DNA of 32,000 nucleotides from Geotalea daltonii FRC-32 (lineage in GTDB: Bacteria > Desulfobacterota > Desulfuromonadia > Geobacterales > Geobacteraceae): assembly GCF_000022265.1 (NCBI RefSeq), contig NC_011979.1, positions 2,610,001-2,642,000 of the forward strand, written 5' to 3'. Position 1 is the first letter of the stretch. Every line of letters begins with the position of its first letter. A model generated the notes under the pieces. That model saw only the letters and a program-made list of their open reading frames with translations. It ran no database searches and was not told where the DNA came from. Below are positions 14,043-22,477 of the stretch, piece after piece. Made by a program: the position numbers and the translations under genes.

Positions 14043-14064
14043 AATAAATAAATGGGAGACGGCA

Positions 14065-14895
14065 ATGATCGGTCTGGACAGGATAATAGAAAACGCCCTG
14101 ATGGAGGATATTCATACCGGCGATCTTACCACCCAGGCTGTGATGCGTGAAAACAGGGCAATGCGTGCCACGCTGAAAGCCAAGGAGAACCTGGTCTTGG
14201 CCGGTATCAAGGTCGCCGCCCGTGTCTTTCACATTCTCGACAATTCCATTATCTTCGATGCACATTTCGCCGACGGTTCCCGTATCGAGAAAGGGGCCAC
14301 ACTGGCGGAAATCTCCGGCGACGCTTCCTTTCTCCTCCAGGGGGAGCGGGTTGCCCTTAATCTTTTGCAGCGCATGTGCGGAGTGGCAACCCAGACTGCT
14401 GCCTATGTGGAAGCTGTCAAGGGGACCGGCGCACGAGTGGTGGATACGCGCAAAACGACCCCGGGGCTGAGAATTCTGGAAAAATATGCCGTCAGGATCG
14501 GCGGCGGTATCAATCACCGCACCGGTCTTTACGACGGAATTCTGATCAAGGAAAATCATATTGCAGCTGCCGGCGGCATTACCGAAGCGATCAATCGTGC
14601 CAGGGCCTATATTCCCCACACATTGAAGATCGAAGTGGAAACTGAGAACCTCACCGAGGTGACCGAAGCTCTTGCAGCGGGTGCCGACATCATCATGCTC
14701 GACAACATGGATGTAGTGACCATGCGTGAGGCGGTTGCCATGATCGGTGGCAGGGCTCTGACCGAAGCCTCCGGCGGGGTTAATCTGTCCACGGTCAGGC
14801 AGATTGCCGAAACCGGCGTTGATATCATCTCTGTCGGTGCACTGACCCATTCAGTGCGGGCCATGGATATTTCCATGCTCATGGAGGGGTGTTGA
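14065..14895 (+). CDS. nadC: Nicotinate-nucleotide pyrophosphorylase (carboxylating) / quinolinate phosphoribosyltransferase
   Basis: Full-length similarity to NadC: GDLTTQAV, LLQGERVALNLLQRMCGVAT, VVDTRKTTPGLR, GGGINHRTGLYDGILIKENH, KIEVETENL, GADIIMLDNM, EASGGV. Confidence 0.95.
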   Translation: MIGLDRIIENALMEDIHTGDLTTQAVMRENRAMRATLKAKENLVLAGIKVAARVFHILDNSIIFDAHFADGSRIEKGATLAEISGDASFLLQGERVALNLLQRMCGVATQTAAYVEAVKGTGARVVDTRKTTPGLRILEKYAVRIGGGINHRTGLYDGILIKENHIAAAGGITEAINRARAYIPHTLKIEVETENLTEVTEALAAGADIIMLDNMDVVTMREAVAMIGGRALTEASGGVNLSTVRQIAETGVDIISVGALTHSVRAMDISMLMEGC

Positions 14896-15902
14896 AAGGG
14901 ACAAAGCTCCAGACCGCAGACCTGGATAAACAGACCTTCAACCGGCGAATCCTTCAGATATTCAGGGACAGGAAAGGGGATGTGATCTCTGGCGAAGAAC
15001 TGAGCAGCATGCTCGGCATCTCCCGAACGGCCGTCTGGAAGCACATCAAGGACCTGCGCAGGCTTGGCTACACCGTCCTTGCTGTTCCGGCCAGGGGATA
15101 TCGCATGGTATCCTCTCCGGAGCGTCTTGTAGCCGAAGAAATAGCTGCAGGACTTCCGACCAAACGGATCGGCAAAAGAATAATCTGCCTCGAAGAGACT
15201 GACTCCACCAACAATGTTACCTTCAGGCTGGCCGAAGAAGGTACCGCCGAAGGAACGGTGGTCATTGCCGATGCCCAGTCCCGTGGCAAGGGAAGGCTTG
15301 GCCGGTCATGGGCATCCCCCAAAGGGGTCAACCTCTATTGCTCGGTAGTGCTCAGGCCATCGATGCCGCCTGTAGCCGCATCTCAGCTAACCTTTCTCTC
15401 CGTGGTCGCCGTAGCCAGGGCCATCGAGCTTTCAACCAGCCTCAAGGCATGGATTAAATGGCCCAATGACATCCTGATCAATGGCAGGAAGATTGCCGGC
15501 CTCCTCAACGAGATGAGCGCGGAAACGGAAAAGGTGAATTTTGTCGTGCTCGGCATCGGCATCAACATCAACATGCGTCAGGAGCAGTTTCCGACAGACC
15601 TCCGTCATCCTGCCAGTTCGCTGTACATTGAAAGCGGAGCAGAACTGGATCGAAACCGGTTCATCCGTACGCTGCTCAAGGAACTTGATGACCTCTATGA
15701 TGTCTATCTCCAGCGGGGATACGGTCCGGTCAGGGAGGAATGGCTGTCGCGCTCCCAGTTATATGGTCGCAAGGCCCGGATTGACTGCCAGGATCGGACT
15801 ATGACGGGAATTATAAGAGGAATTGACGATATGGGCGCACTGCTGCTCGATCTGGACGGCCGGGAGGAACGTATTCTTTCCGGGGATGTGACGCTGCTGT
15901 AA
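14889..15902 (+). CDS. birA: Bifunctional biotin--[acetyl-CoA-carboxylase] ligase / biotin operon repressor
   Basis: An N-terminal wHTH ([29 protein letters not shown]) is followed by the ligase core ([36 protein letters not shown]). The GTG start overlaps the end of nadC by 7 nt. Confidence 0.93.
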   Translation: MLKGTKLQTADLDKQTFNRRILQIFRDRKGDVISGEELSSMLGISRTAVWKHIKDLRRLGYTVLAVPARGYRMVSSPERLVAEEIAAGLPTKRIGKRIICLEETDSTNNVTFRLAEEGTAEGTVVIADAQSRGKGRLGRSWASPKGVNLYCSVVLRPSMPPVAASQLTFLSVVAVARAIELSTSLKAWIKWPNDILINGRKIAGLLNEMSAETEKVNFVVLGIGININMRQEQFPTDLRHPASSLYIESGAELDRNRFIRTLLKELDDLYDVYLQRGYGPVREEWLSRSQLYGRKARIDCQDRTMTGIIRGIDDMGALLLDLDGREERILSGDVTLL

Positions 15903-15912
15903 TGGGGGAAAT

Positions 15913-16683
15913 GTGCTTCTGGTAATTGACGTTGGCAACAGTAATATTGTTCTGGGAATCTATGACGGAGACAGCCTTGTCAGGGACTGGCGCGTATCTA
16001 CGGATAAATCAAAGACTACCGACGAGTACGGCATCCTGGTACATGAGCTTTTCCGATTGGCGGGTATCGATTTTTCCCGCATTACCGATATAATTATCTC
16101 TTCTGTCGTGCCGACTCTCACGGGAGTGCTGGAGAAGCTTTCCCTGCAGTATTTCGACTTCAAACCATATGTAGTCGGGCCCGGCATCAAGACCGGCATG
16201 TCCATCCACTACGATAATCCCAAGGAAGTGGGAGCCGACCGCATAGTCAATGCCGTCGCCGGGTACGAAAAGCACCACACTGCCTTGATCATTGTCGATT
16301 TCGGCACTGCCACCACCTTTGATTATGTGAACAAGCGGGGTGAGTACTGCGGCGGGGCCATTGCCCCCGGTCTCATGATATCAATGGAAGCGCTGTTTCA
16401 GAAAGCGAGCAAACTGCCTCGAGTGGAGATTACAAAACCACCGGCAATAGTTGCTAAAAATACGGTCAACTCCATGCAGGCTGGCATTTTTTACGGTTAT
16501 GTGGGGCTGGTTGACGGAATCGTGACAAGGATGAAGGGAGAGGGTAAGGAAAATCCGAAGGTTATCGCCACCGGGGGGCTTGCCGGACTGATCGCGCCGG
16601 AATCCACTACCATCGAGGAAGTGGACGAGTATTTGACCCTGGAGGGACTGCGGATACTGTACCAGAGAAACCGGGAGAGTTAA
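15913..16683 (+). CDS. coaX: Type III pantothenate kinase
   Basis: [27 protein letters not shown] and [12 protein letters not shown] are characteristic CoaX motifs. It has a GTG start and the conserved birA-coaX synteny. Confidence 0.95.
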   Translation: MLLVIDVGNSNIVLGIYDGDSLVRDWRVSTDKSKTTDEYGILVHELFRLAGIDFSRITDIIISSVVPTLTGVLEKLSLQYFDFKPYVVGPGIKTGMSIHYDNPKEVGADRIVNAVAGYEKHHTALIIVDFGTATTFDYVNKRGEYCGGAIAPGLMISMEALFQKASKLPRVEITKPPAIVAKNTVNSMQAGIFYGYVGLVDGIVTRMKGEGKENPKVIATGGLAGLIAPESTTIEEVDEYLTLEGLRILYQRNRES

Positions 16684-16747
16684 GGGAGGTACTGCAGTTT
16701 CCCTGCGGCCTCGACTTTAACGTTTACCTATTTAATAAGGGGGGCGT

Positions 16748-18841
16748 ATGGGAAAGTATGACACTGCAAAGTTGAGAAACCTTGGTATTGTCGCTCACGG
16801 CGGGGCCGGAAAAACCTCTTTAACTGAAGCGATCCTTTTCAATGCGGGCATGATTGACCGACTGGGCAGGGTTGACGACGGTACCTCCACAATGGATTTC
16901 GAACCGGAGGAGGTCAAGCGCAAGATCACGATTTCCTCATCCCTCAATCACTGTGAATGGAACGGGTATTCCATCCATATCGTCGATACTCCCGGCTACG
17001 GCAATTTTATTGCCGATACCCGTTCCTGCATGCGGGCCCTCGGTGGGGCGGTCCTGATCCTGTCAGCCATTTCCGGGGTCAAGGTTCAGACGGAAGAAGT
17101 GTGGGAGTGGGCTGATGAATTCGAAATACCGCGTATAGCATTTGTAAACAAGATGGACCGGGAGCGGGCCAGCTTTTTTCGCGCCATAGATGATATGGAA
17201 AAGGTGCTCGGGGTTAAAGGCGTTGCGATCCAGTTGCCCATGGGGGCGGAGGATAATTTCAGCGGCGTCATTGACCTGGTAAAGATGAAGGCCTATCGGT
17301 ATGAAAAGGACCTGTCCGGCAAGTTCACCGAGGGAGAAATTCCCACCGAATATCTGGACGAGGCCAAGAAGCTCAGGGAGCAGATGGTGGAGACTGTTGC
17401 CGAGGCCTATGATTCCCTTACCGAGAAATACCTTGAGGCGGGTGAATTGACAGAGGAAGAGATAATCGACGGTTTGCGGGTCGGTACCCTTCGCTACACC
17501 TTTACCCCAGTTCTATGCGGCTCCGCTGTGATGAACATCGGCATAGGCCAGCTTCTGGATTATATCTGCAACTGTCTGCCTTCGCCACTGGATCGAGGCA
17601 GCGTAGTGGGGACCAATCCGAAAACCGGCGATGTGGTAGAGCGTTCTCCCGACGAGAACGAACCCTTTTCCGCCCTGGTTTTCAAGACGACTTCCGATCC
17701 CTACACCGGAAAAATCACCGTTTTCAGGGTTTATTCCGGCACGCTCAACTCCGATTCCACCGTCTTTAATTCTACCCGGGATTGTACCGAGCGGATAGGT
17801 CAGATATACGAACTGGAGGGGAAGAAGCAAAAGCCGATCAAACAGGCTGTTGCCGGGGATATCGTTGCCGTATCGAAACTCAAGGATACCCTGACCGGCG
17901 ACACCCTCTGTGATCCTGATAAACCCATAGTCTATGAACCTGCAAAACCCTTGCAACCGGTCATTTCCTATGCCATTCTGCCCAAGACCAAAAACGACGA
18001 AGACAAGATTCACGGCGCCCTGCAGAGACTCATGGAAGAGGACCAGACCCTTGAGGTCCACCGTGATGAAAAGACCCGCGAGCTGGTCATATCAGGCATG
18101 GGGCAGGTGCACCTTGAGGTCACCGTAGAGAAGCTGAAACGCAAATTCAGTGTCGATGTTGAGCTGAAGACGCCCAAGGTGCCTTACCTGGAGACATTCA
18201 AAGGGATGGCCAAGGTCCAGGGCAAGTACAAGAAGCAGTCGGGTGGGCGTGGTCAGTATGGGGACTGCTGGGTCGAGTTCAGCCCGCTGCCCCGCGGAGA
18301 AGGCTTCCTCTTTGAGGATAAAATAGTTGGGGGTGTTGTTCCTCGCCAGTATATTCCAGCTGTGGAAAAAGGCATTTTCGAGGCTTCCCAGGAGGGTTTT
18401 CTTGCCGGATACCCCCTGGTCGATTTCAAGGCGGCTCTCTATGACGGCTCTTTTCACACGGTGGATTCATCGGAGATGGCCTTCAAGGTTGCCGGCTCCC
18501 TTGCCCTGAAAAAAGCCATGGAAACGGCTAAGCCGGTATTGCTCGAACCGATCATGAACATGAAGATCACGGTACCGGAAGAGACCATGGGCGATGTCAT
18601 CGGTGACCTGAATTCGAGACGCGGCAAGGTCGTCGGTGTGGAGCCGAAAGCCAATTCGCAAATTATCAGGGCGGTAGTGCCCATGTCCGAAGTGCTTGCC
18701 TATTCGTCGGACCTGCGGTCCATGACCAGCGACCGCGGCCTTTTTACAACTGAATTTTCCCATTATGAAGAGGTGCCGGGGCATCTGGCCCAGAAAATTA
18801 TCAGCGAGTCTGCAGCAAAGCAAAAACACGCGAACCATTAG
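16748..18841 (+). CDS. fusA: Elongation factor G paralogue (EF-G II-like) with divergent G-domain motifs
   Basis: The five-domain EF-G architecture is recognisable throughout (FVNKMD, KKQSGGRGQYG, SSEMAFK). G1 is AHGGAGKT rather than AHIDAGKT. The G3 region is DTPGYGNF rather than DTPGHVDF. Confidence 0.93.
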   Translation: MGKYDTAKLRNLGIVAHGGAGKTSLTEAILFNAGMIDRLGRVDDGTSTMDFEPEEVKRKITISSSLNHCEWNGYSIHIVDTPGYGNFIADTRSCMRALGGAVLILSAISGVKVQTEEVWEWADEFEIPRIAFVNKMDRERASFFRAIDDMEKVLGVKGVAIQLPMGAEDNFSGVIDLVKMKAYRYEKDLSGKFTEGEIPTEYLDEAKKLREQMVETVAEAYDSLTEKYLEAGELTEEEIIDGLRVGTLRYTFTPVLCGSAVMNIGIGQLLDYICNCLPSPLDRGSVVGTNPKTGDVVERSPDENEPFSALVFKTTSDPYTGKITVFRVYSGTLNSDSTVFNSTRDCTERIGQIYELEGKKQKPIKQAVAGDIVAVSKLKDTLTGDTLCDPDKPIVYEPAKPLQPVISYAILPKTKNDEDKIHGALQRLMEEDQTLEVHRDEKTRELVISGMGQVHLEVTVEKLKRKFSVDVELKTPKVPYLETFKGMAKVQGKYKKQSGGRGQYGDCWVEFSPLPRGEGFLFEDKIVGGVVPRQYIPAVEKGIFEASQEGFLAGYPLVDFKAALYDGSFHTVDSSEMAFKVAGSLALKKAMETAKPVLLEPIMNMKITVPEETMGDVIGDLNSRRGKVVGVEPKANSQIIRAVVPMSEVLAYSSDLRSMTSDRGLFTTEFSHYEEVPGHLAQKIISESAAKQKHANH

Positions 18842-18861
18842 CATGAGGAGGAATTGTTACA

Positions 18862-19920
18862 ATGTCCAAGCAGTTTTCAGCGGATTCAGAGGAAACCGAA
18901 CTTAAGGGATCAAAAGGTAAAAGCCAGGCCCAGCTTCTTGTCCTGTTGCTGCTGGTTGCGGTCGGCGGATACGTCTATTTTTTCACCGGATTGATCAAGC
19001 CCCGTGAAGAAACGCCCAAACCCCAGCCGCCACAGGCTGCCCAGGTGAAAAAGCCGATGCCGCCCCGGCAGGCCGAACAAACGCCGGCAGCTGCTAAACC
19101 TGAACAACCCAATTCCGCGGCAGCTCCTGCTCCTGTACCTGCATCTTCATCTCCTGCCCCTGCTCAGACTGCCGGTGGACAGAAAACTGCTCCAGTGCAG
19201 AATCCGGCCAAACCTGAACCGGCTAAAACAACTAAAAACCAGGCACCTGCTGTACCGACGGCTCCCGGCAAACAGGCTGCTGCAGTTCCTGAAAAGCCAG
19301 GCGGCAAAAAGACAGCCAAAGATGCTGCTCCGGCCAAGACGACAGACAAAGTCGCTGCTCCTACTGGCAAGCCGACGACTGTTGCAGGAAAAACTGCTGC
19401 TCCAGCCGTGGAAAAGCAGCAACAGCCGACGGCCAAAAAAGTCGCCGGCGCTTTCAGTCTGAAAACCGGGGAAATCGTTTTCGCCAAGGATGCAGGTGCA
19501 GTGGAGGCAAAGCTGAAAAAGGCGGGCCTGAAGCCTGTAGTACGGCATACAACCATGATGCAAGAGCCCATGAACAGGCTCTTTTACGCCGAGTATCCCG
19601 ACCGAGAATCGGCAGGCGTCGACCTGGAACAACTCCGTGCCAAGGCTCCCGATGCCTTTATCATTCAGGAGGGCGGCAAGTATGTTATCTATGCAGGTTC
19701 GTATCTAAAGGAAGCCCGTGCAGCCATTGAGCAGGACCGGCTTTTCGATAAAGGGTTGCGGCTGGTGATGAAAAAGACCCAGGTGAAGATCCCGGTCACC
19801 TACATTACCGCCGGCAGCTTCCCCAGCCAGGATGATGCCCGCAAGGCAGCCGACAGGCTGAAGAAGAGCGGAATCAAGCTGGCTGTGGTCAAATCCGGCA
19901 AAGTGTCGATCAAAAAGTGA
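18862..19920 (+). CDS. SPOR domain-containing membrane protein with a long Pro/Ala/Lys-rich linker
   Basis: It has one N-terminal TM segment (LLVLLLLVAVGGYVYFFTGLI) and about 150 aa of low-complexity PAK-rich linker. Two C-terminal SPOR-like modules follow (FSLKTGEIVF...LKKAGLKPVV; YITAGSFPSQDDARKAADRLKKSGIKLAVV). Confidence 0.85.
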   Translation: MSKQFSADSEETELKGSKGKSQAQLLVLLLLVAVGGYVYFFTGLIKPREETPKPQPPQAAQVKKPMPPRQAEQTPAAAKPEQPNSAAAPAPVPASSSPAPAQTAGGQKTAPVQNPAKPEPAKTTKNQAPAVPTAPGKQAAAVPEKPGGKKTAKDAAPAKTTDKVAAPTGKPTTVAGKTAAPAVEKQQQPTAKKVAGAFSLKTGEIVFAKDAGAVEAKLKKAGLKPVVRHTTMMQEPMNRLFYAEYPDRESAGVDLEQLRAKAPDAFIIQEGGKYVIYAGSYLKEARAAIEQDRLFDKGLRLVMKKTQVKIPVTYITAGSFPSQDDARKAADRLKKSGIKLAVVKSGKVSIKK

Positions 19921-20813
19921 CCCAAAAAATCACCTTGAGAATGTCAGCCGCGGCTGCTCCATATGTACGGCCCGATACCCCTGGCGAAATCAGGCTTCAA
20001 GCAGCCCGCGGCCAGGTCTCTCTTGGTGCCTCAGACATGGTGGTGCTCCTTTATTTCCTGACCCACGACAATGATGCCGAAATAAAACATGCCGCACTAA
20101 AGTCCCTGCGAGACCTGCCCGAGGCCGTACTCCACGAGGTGGTCCAACTTTCGGAAACAAACGGAAAAATCCTGGATGTCATCGCCCGACTCCATTTTTC
20201 AAAACTGGCTGTTGCGGAAAAAATCACCATACACCCCAATTGCAGCGAGGCTACCTGTGACTTTCTCGTGGGAAAAGGGGTGCAGGACCTGCGGGGGCGG
20301 GTGGGAATGGAAGAATGCAGCAGCCCGGGTGTCGGTGATGTGGATGAAGACGCCGAGACCGCTGACGACGAAGTGATAAACGAAGAAGATGAGGAATTTA
20401 AATCCAAATACCAGCTGTCCCAGCAGTTGGGGGTTTCGGAAAAGATAAAGATGTCATTGACAGGTGACAAGGAATGGCGTTCCATTCTCATCAAGGACTC
20501 CAACAAGCTGGTCTCCGGTGCGGTGGTGAAAAATCCCCGCATTACGGAAGCCGAAATACTTGCCATCTCCAAGTCGAAGATTCAAAACGATGAGATCATG
20601 CGTGTTATCTGCGCCAATAAGGAATGGACCAAGAACTACATGATCAAGAAGGCTCTGGTGGAAAACACCAAGACGCCATTGGCCGTGGCACTACGCTTCA
20701 TGGGAACCCTGACGGAAAAGGACCTGTCAGGTCTGGCGAAAAGTAAGAATGTATCCTCGGTTATTGCCACCCAGGCACGCCGGGTTCTGCTGAATAAAAG
20801 CAAAAAAAGCTAG
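19917..20813 (+). CDS. Alpha-helical repeat (HEAT/LRV-like) protein with a central acidic linker
   Basis: The GTG start overlaps the SPOR gene stop as GTGA; ATG at 19941 is an alternative. An acidic stretch (GDVDEDAETADDEVINEEDEEF) separates two helical halves. The C-terminal half has repeated NP.IT.AEIL / N..T.....AL motifs like LRV/HEAT repeats. Confidence 0.7.
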   Translation: MTQKITLRMSAAAAPYVRPDTPGEIRLQAARGQVSLGASDMVVLLYFLTHDNDAEIKHAALKSLRDLPEAVLHEVVQLSETNGKILDVIARLHFSKLAVAEKITIHPNCSEATCDFLVGKGVQDLRGRVGMEECSSPGVGDVDEDAETADDEVINEEDEEFKSKYQLSQQLGVSEKIKMSLTGDKEWRSILIKDSNKLVSGAVVKNPRITEAEILAISKSKIQNDEIMRVICANKEWTKNYMIKKALVENTKTPLAVALRFMGTLTEKDLSGLAKSKNVSSVIATQARRVLLNKSKKS

Positions 20814-20823
20814 GAGGACGCCA

Positions 20824-21675
20824 ATGGCTCTGGTGAATAATAACAAGCGGGAAATAAATGCCAAGTTGGTCTACTATGGCCCTGGGCTATCGGGGAAAAC
20901 GACCAGCCTGAACCACGTTTACGCCAAATTGAAGCCGGAGTTCCGGGGACAGCTGAAGACAATGAATGTTCAGGCTGACAAGATGTACTTTTTCGATTTT
21001 ACTCCCCCCGGTGATGCCAACGTGAACGGTTACAGTGTTCGTCTGCACATATATACGTTGAAAGGTGAGCCGGCCGGTCCCGCTCCCTGGAAAATGGTGC
21101 TGAAAGGAGTGGACGGCATCGTTTTCGTTGCCGATTCGGCCCCGGAGAAAATGGCTGCTAATCGGGAAAGCCTGCAAAACCTGGATGAATTTCTGAGAGG
21201 ATTTGGACAGTCTATTTCTGATATCCCCCTTGTCTTTGCCTACAACAAGCGTGACCGCGCTGATGCGGTTCCGGTGGAAGAGATGCAACGGATGCTGAAT
21301 CCCCGCAATCGTCCGGGAGTTCCTGTAGCGGCCAATAAAGGTGAGGGGGTTCTCAATGCCCTGCTGACCCTGGTCAAGATGGTACTGAAAAAGCTGCGTG
21401 AAGAGGGTGCTGGAGAGAAAAACATCTATGAGCCTGCTTTCCAGCAGTCAATTGCTGTACAGGGCGATGAAGACATCAGCAGATATGCGGTAGAGGATGA
21501 ACTTGTTACTGAAACCGGAACGGGTTCCCTTTTGCCGGCCGGCGAAGGAGCCGAACCCGAAATCTCCTTTTTCGGTAATGCGGAGATATTGGGCAACGGG
21601 CACATGCGCCTGCCGTTGGTCATAAGTTATGGGGGCAGGGAAAAAACTGTCACCCTGGATCTGAAACTTGGCTGA
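20824..21675 (+). CDS. MglA-family Ras-like small GTPase paralogue with substituted catalytic residues and a roughly 90-aa C-terminal extension
   Basis: Residues 1-82 align without gaps to Myxococcus MglA as recalled (REINAKLVYYGPGLSGKTT, FFDF, LKGVDGIVFVADS, YNKRD). MglA R53/T54/Q82 are K53/M54/E82 here. The protein is 283 aa against about 195 aa for MglA. Confidence 0.85.
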   Translation: MALVNNNKREINAKLVYYGPGLSGKTTSLNHVYAKLKPEFRGQLKTMNVQADKMYFFDFTPPGDANVNGYSVRLHIYTLKGEPAGPAPWKMVLKGVDGIVFVADSAPEKMAANRESLQNLDEFLRGFGQSISDIPLVFAYNKRDRADAVPVEEMQRMLNPRNRPGVPVAANKGEGVLNALLTLVKMVLKKLREEGAGEKNIYEPAFQQSIAVQGDEDISRYAVEDELVTETGTGSLLPAGEGAEPEISFFGNAEILGNGHMRLPLVISYGGREKTVTLDLKLG

Positions 21676-21696
21676 TCAAATCTGGAGATAGGTAAC

Positions 21697-22380
21697 ATGT
21701 CTTTGGCTGTTGATGTGGAAATGGTAGTTCGGCTTCTCCTCGCATCACTGTTGGGTGGGATCATAGGCCTGGAGAGAGAGATTCACGGCAGGCCTGCCGG
21801 TTTCAGGACCCATCTCCTGGTTTCTCTTGGTTCATCCCTCTTTGTGGTTTCTTCCATTGAATTTTACTGGGTCTTCGGCAATTTCAACGGCACTTTGCCG
21901 GTGGGTGTCGATCCGGGAAGGGTTGCCGCCCAGGTTGTAACGGGAATCGGTTTCCTTGGTGCCGGGGCCATAATCAGGGAAAATGCTTCCGTCAGGGGAT
22001 TGACAACCGCAGCCTGTCTCTGGATTGCGTCTGCCATTGGTATTGCCTGCGGCATCGGACTTTTCGGTATTGCCTCTGTTGTAACTGGAATTTCTCTTGT
22101 CAGCCTGCTGTTCCTGAAGAGGATCGAGCGTGTGCTTGCCCGGGATGTTTATGCCACGGTAAAAGTATCCGGTAATGACCGGGAAGGGCTGATTGCCGAC
22201 ATGGAAACGCTGATGAATAAGAATAAGCTGGAGATAACTGCCGCCAGAATCGAGAAGAATATTGAAGAAAAACTGATCCACGTGGAGTACGATCTCAAAC
22301 TTAGCAGCCGCAACGAGATTTTTGCCCTGATTGATAAAATCGCCCTTGTAACCGGAGTCAAGAAAGTAAGTTTTACCTGA
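21697..22380 (+). CDS. MgtC/SapB family membrane protein
   Basis: It has the MgtC N-terminal signature LLGGIIGLEREIHGRPAGFRTHLLVSLGSSLF, several TM helices and a soluble ACT-like C-terminal domain. Confidence 0.9.
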   Translation: MSLAVDVEMVVRLLLASLLGGIIGLEREIHGRPAGFRTHLLVSLGSSLFVVSSIEFYWVFGNFNGTLPVGVDPGRVAAQVVTGIGFLGAGAIIRENASVRGLTTAACLWIASAIGIACGIGLFGIASVVTGISLVSLLFLKRIERVLARDVYATVKVSGNDREGLIADMETLMNKNKLEITAARIEKNIEEKLIHVEYDLKLSSRNEIFALIDKIALVTGVKKVSFT

Positions 22381-22418
22381 GAAGGTTTCGCAGGGCCAGA
22401 CCGAATTTAGCAAATGTC

Positions 22419-22447
22419 TTGTATACAGAATATTTACATGCTAATAT
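22419..22447 (+). promoter_or_regulatory. Sigma-70 type promoter overlapping a 7-bp inverted repeat
   Basis: TTGTAT (22419-22424), a 17-nt spacer, then TAATAT (22442-22447). The inverted repeat GAATATT-N8-AATATTC spans the spacer and the -10 element. Confidence 0.5.
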
Positions 22448-22477
22448 TCGGCAGTTTTCTAATGAAAGGAGATGAGA

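Noticed and set aside
13894-14850. 318-aa minus-strand ORF
   Set aside because: It is entirely antisense to nadC, whose identity is unambiguous. The translated product is Gly/His/Asp/Arg-rich with no motif, typical of the shadow frame of a GC-rich gene.
19147-19632. Several ORFs in other frames and strands across the SPOR gene linker (19147-19632, 19164-19571, 19175-19462, 18910-19107)
   Set aside because: They are artefacts of the low-complexity Pro/Ala/Lys-coding region. The SPOR reading frame has a TM segment, SPOR domains and a proper RBS.
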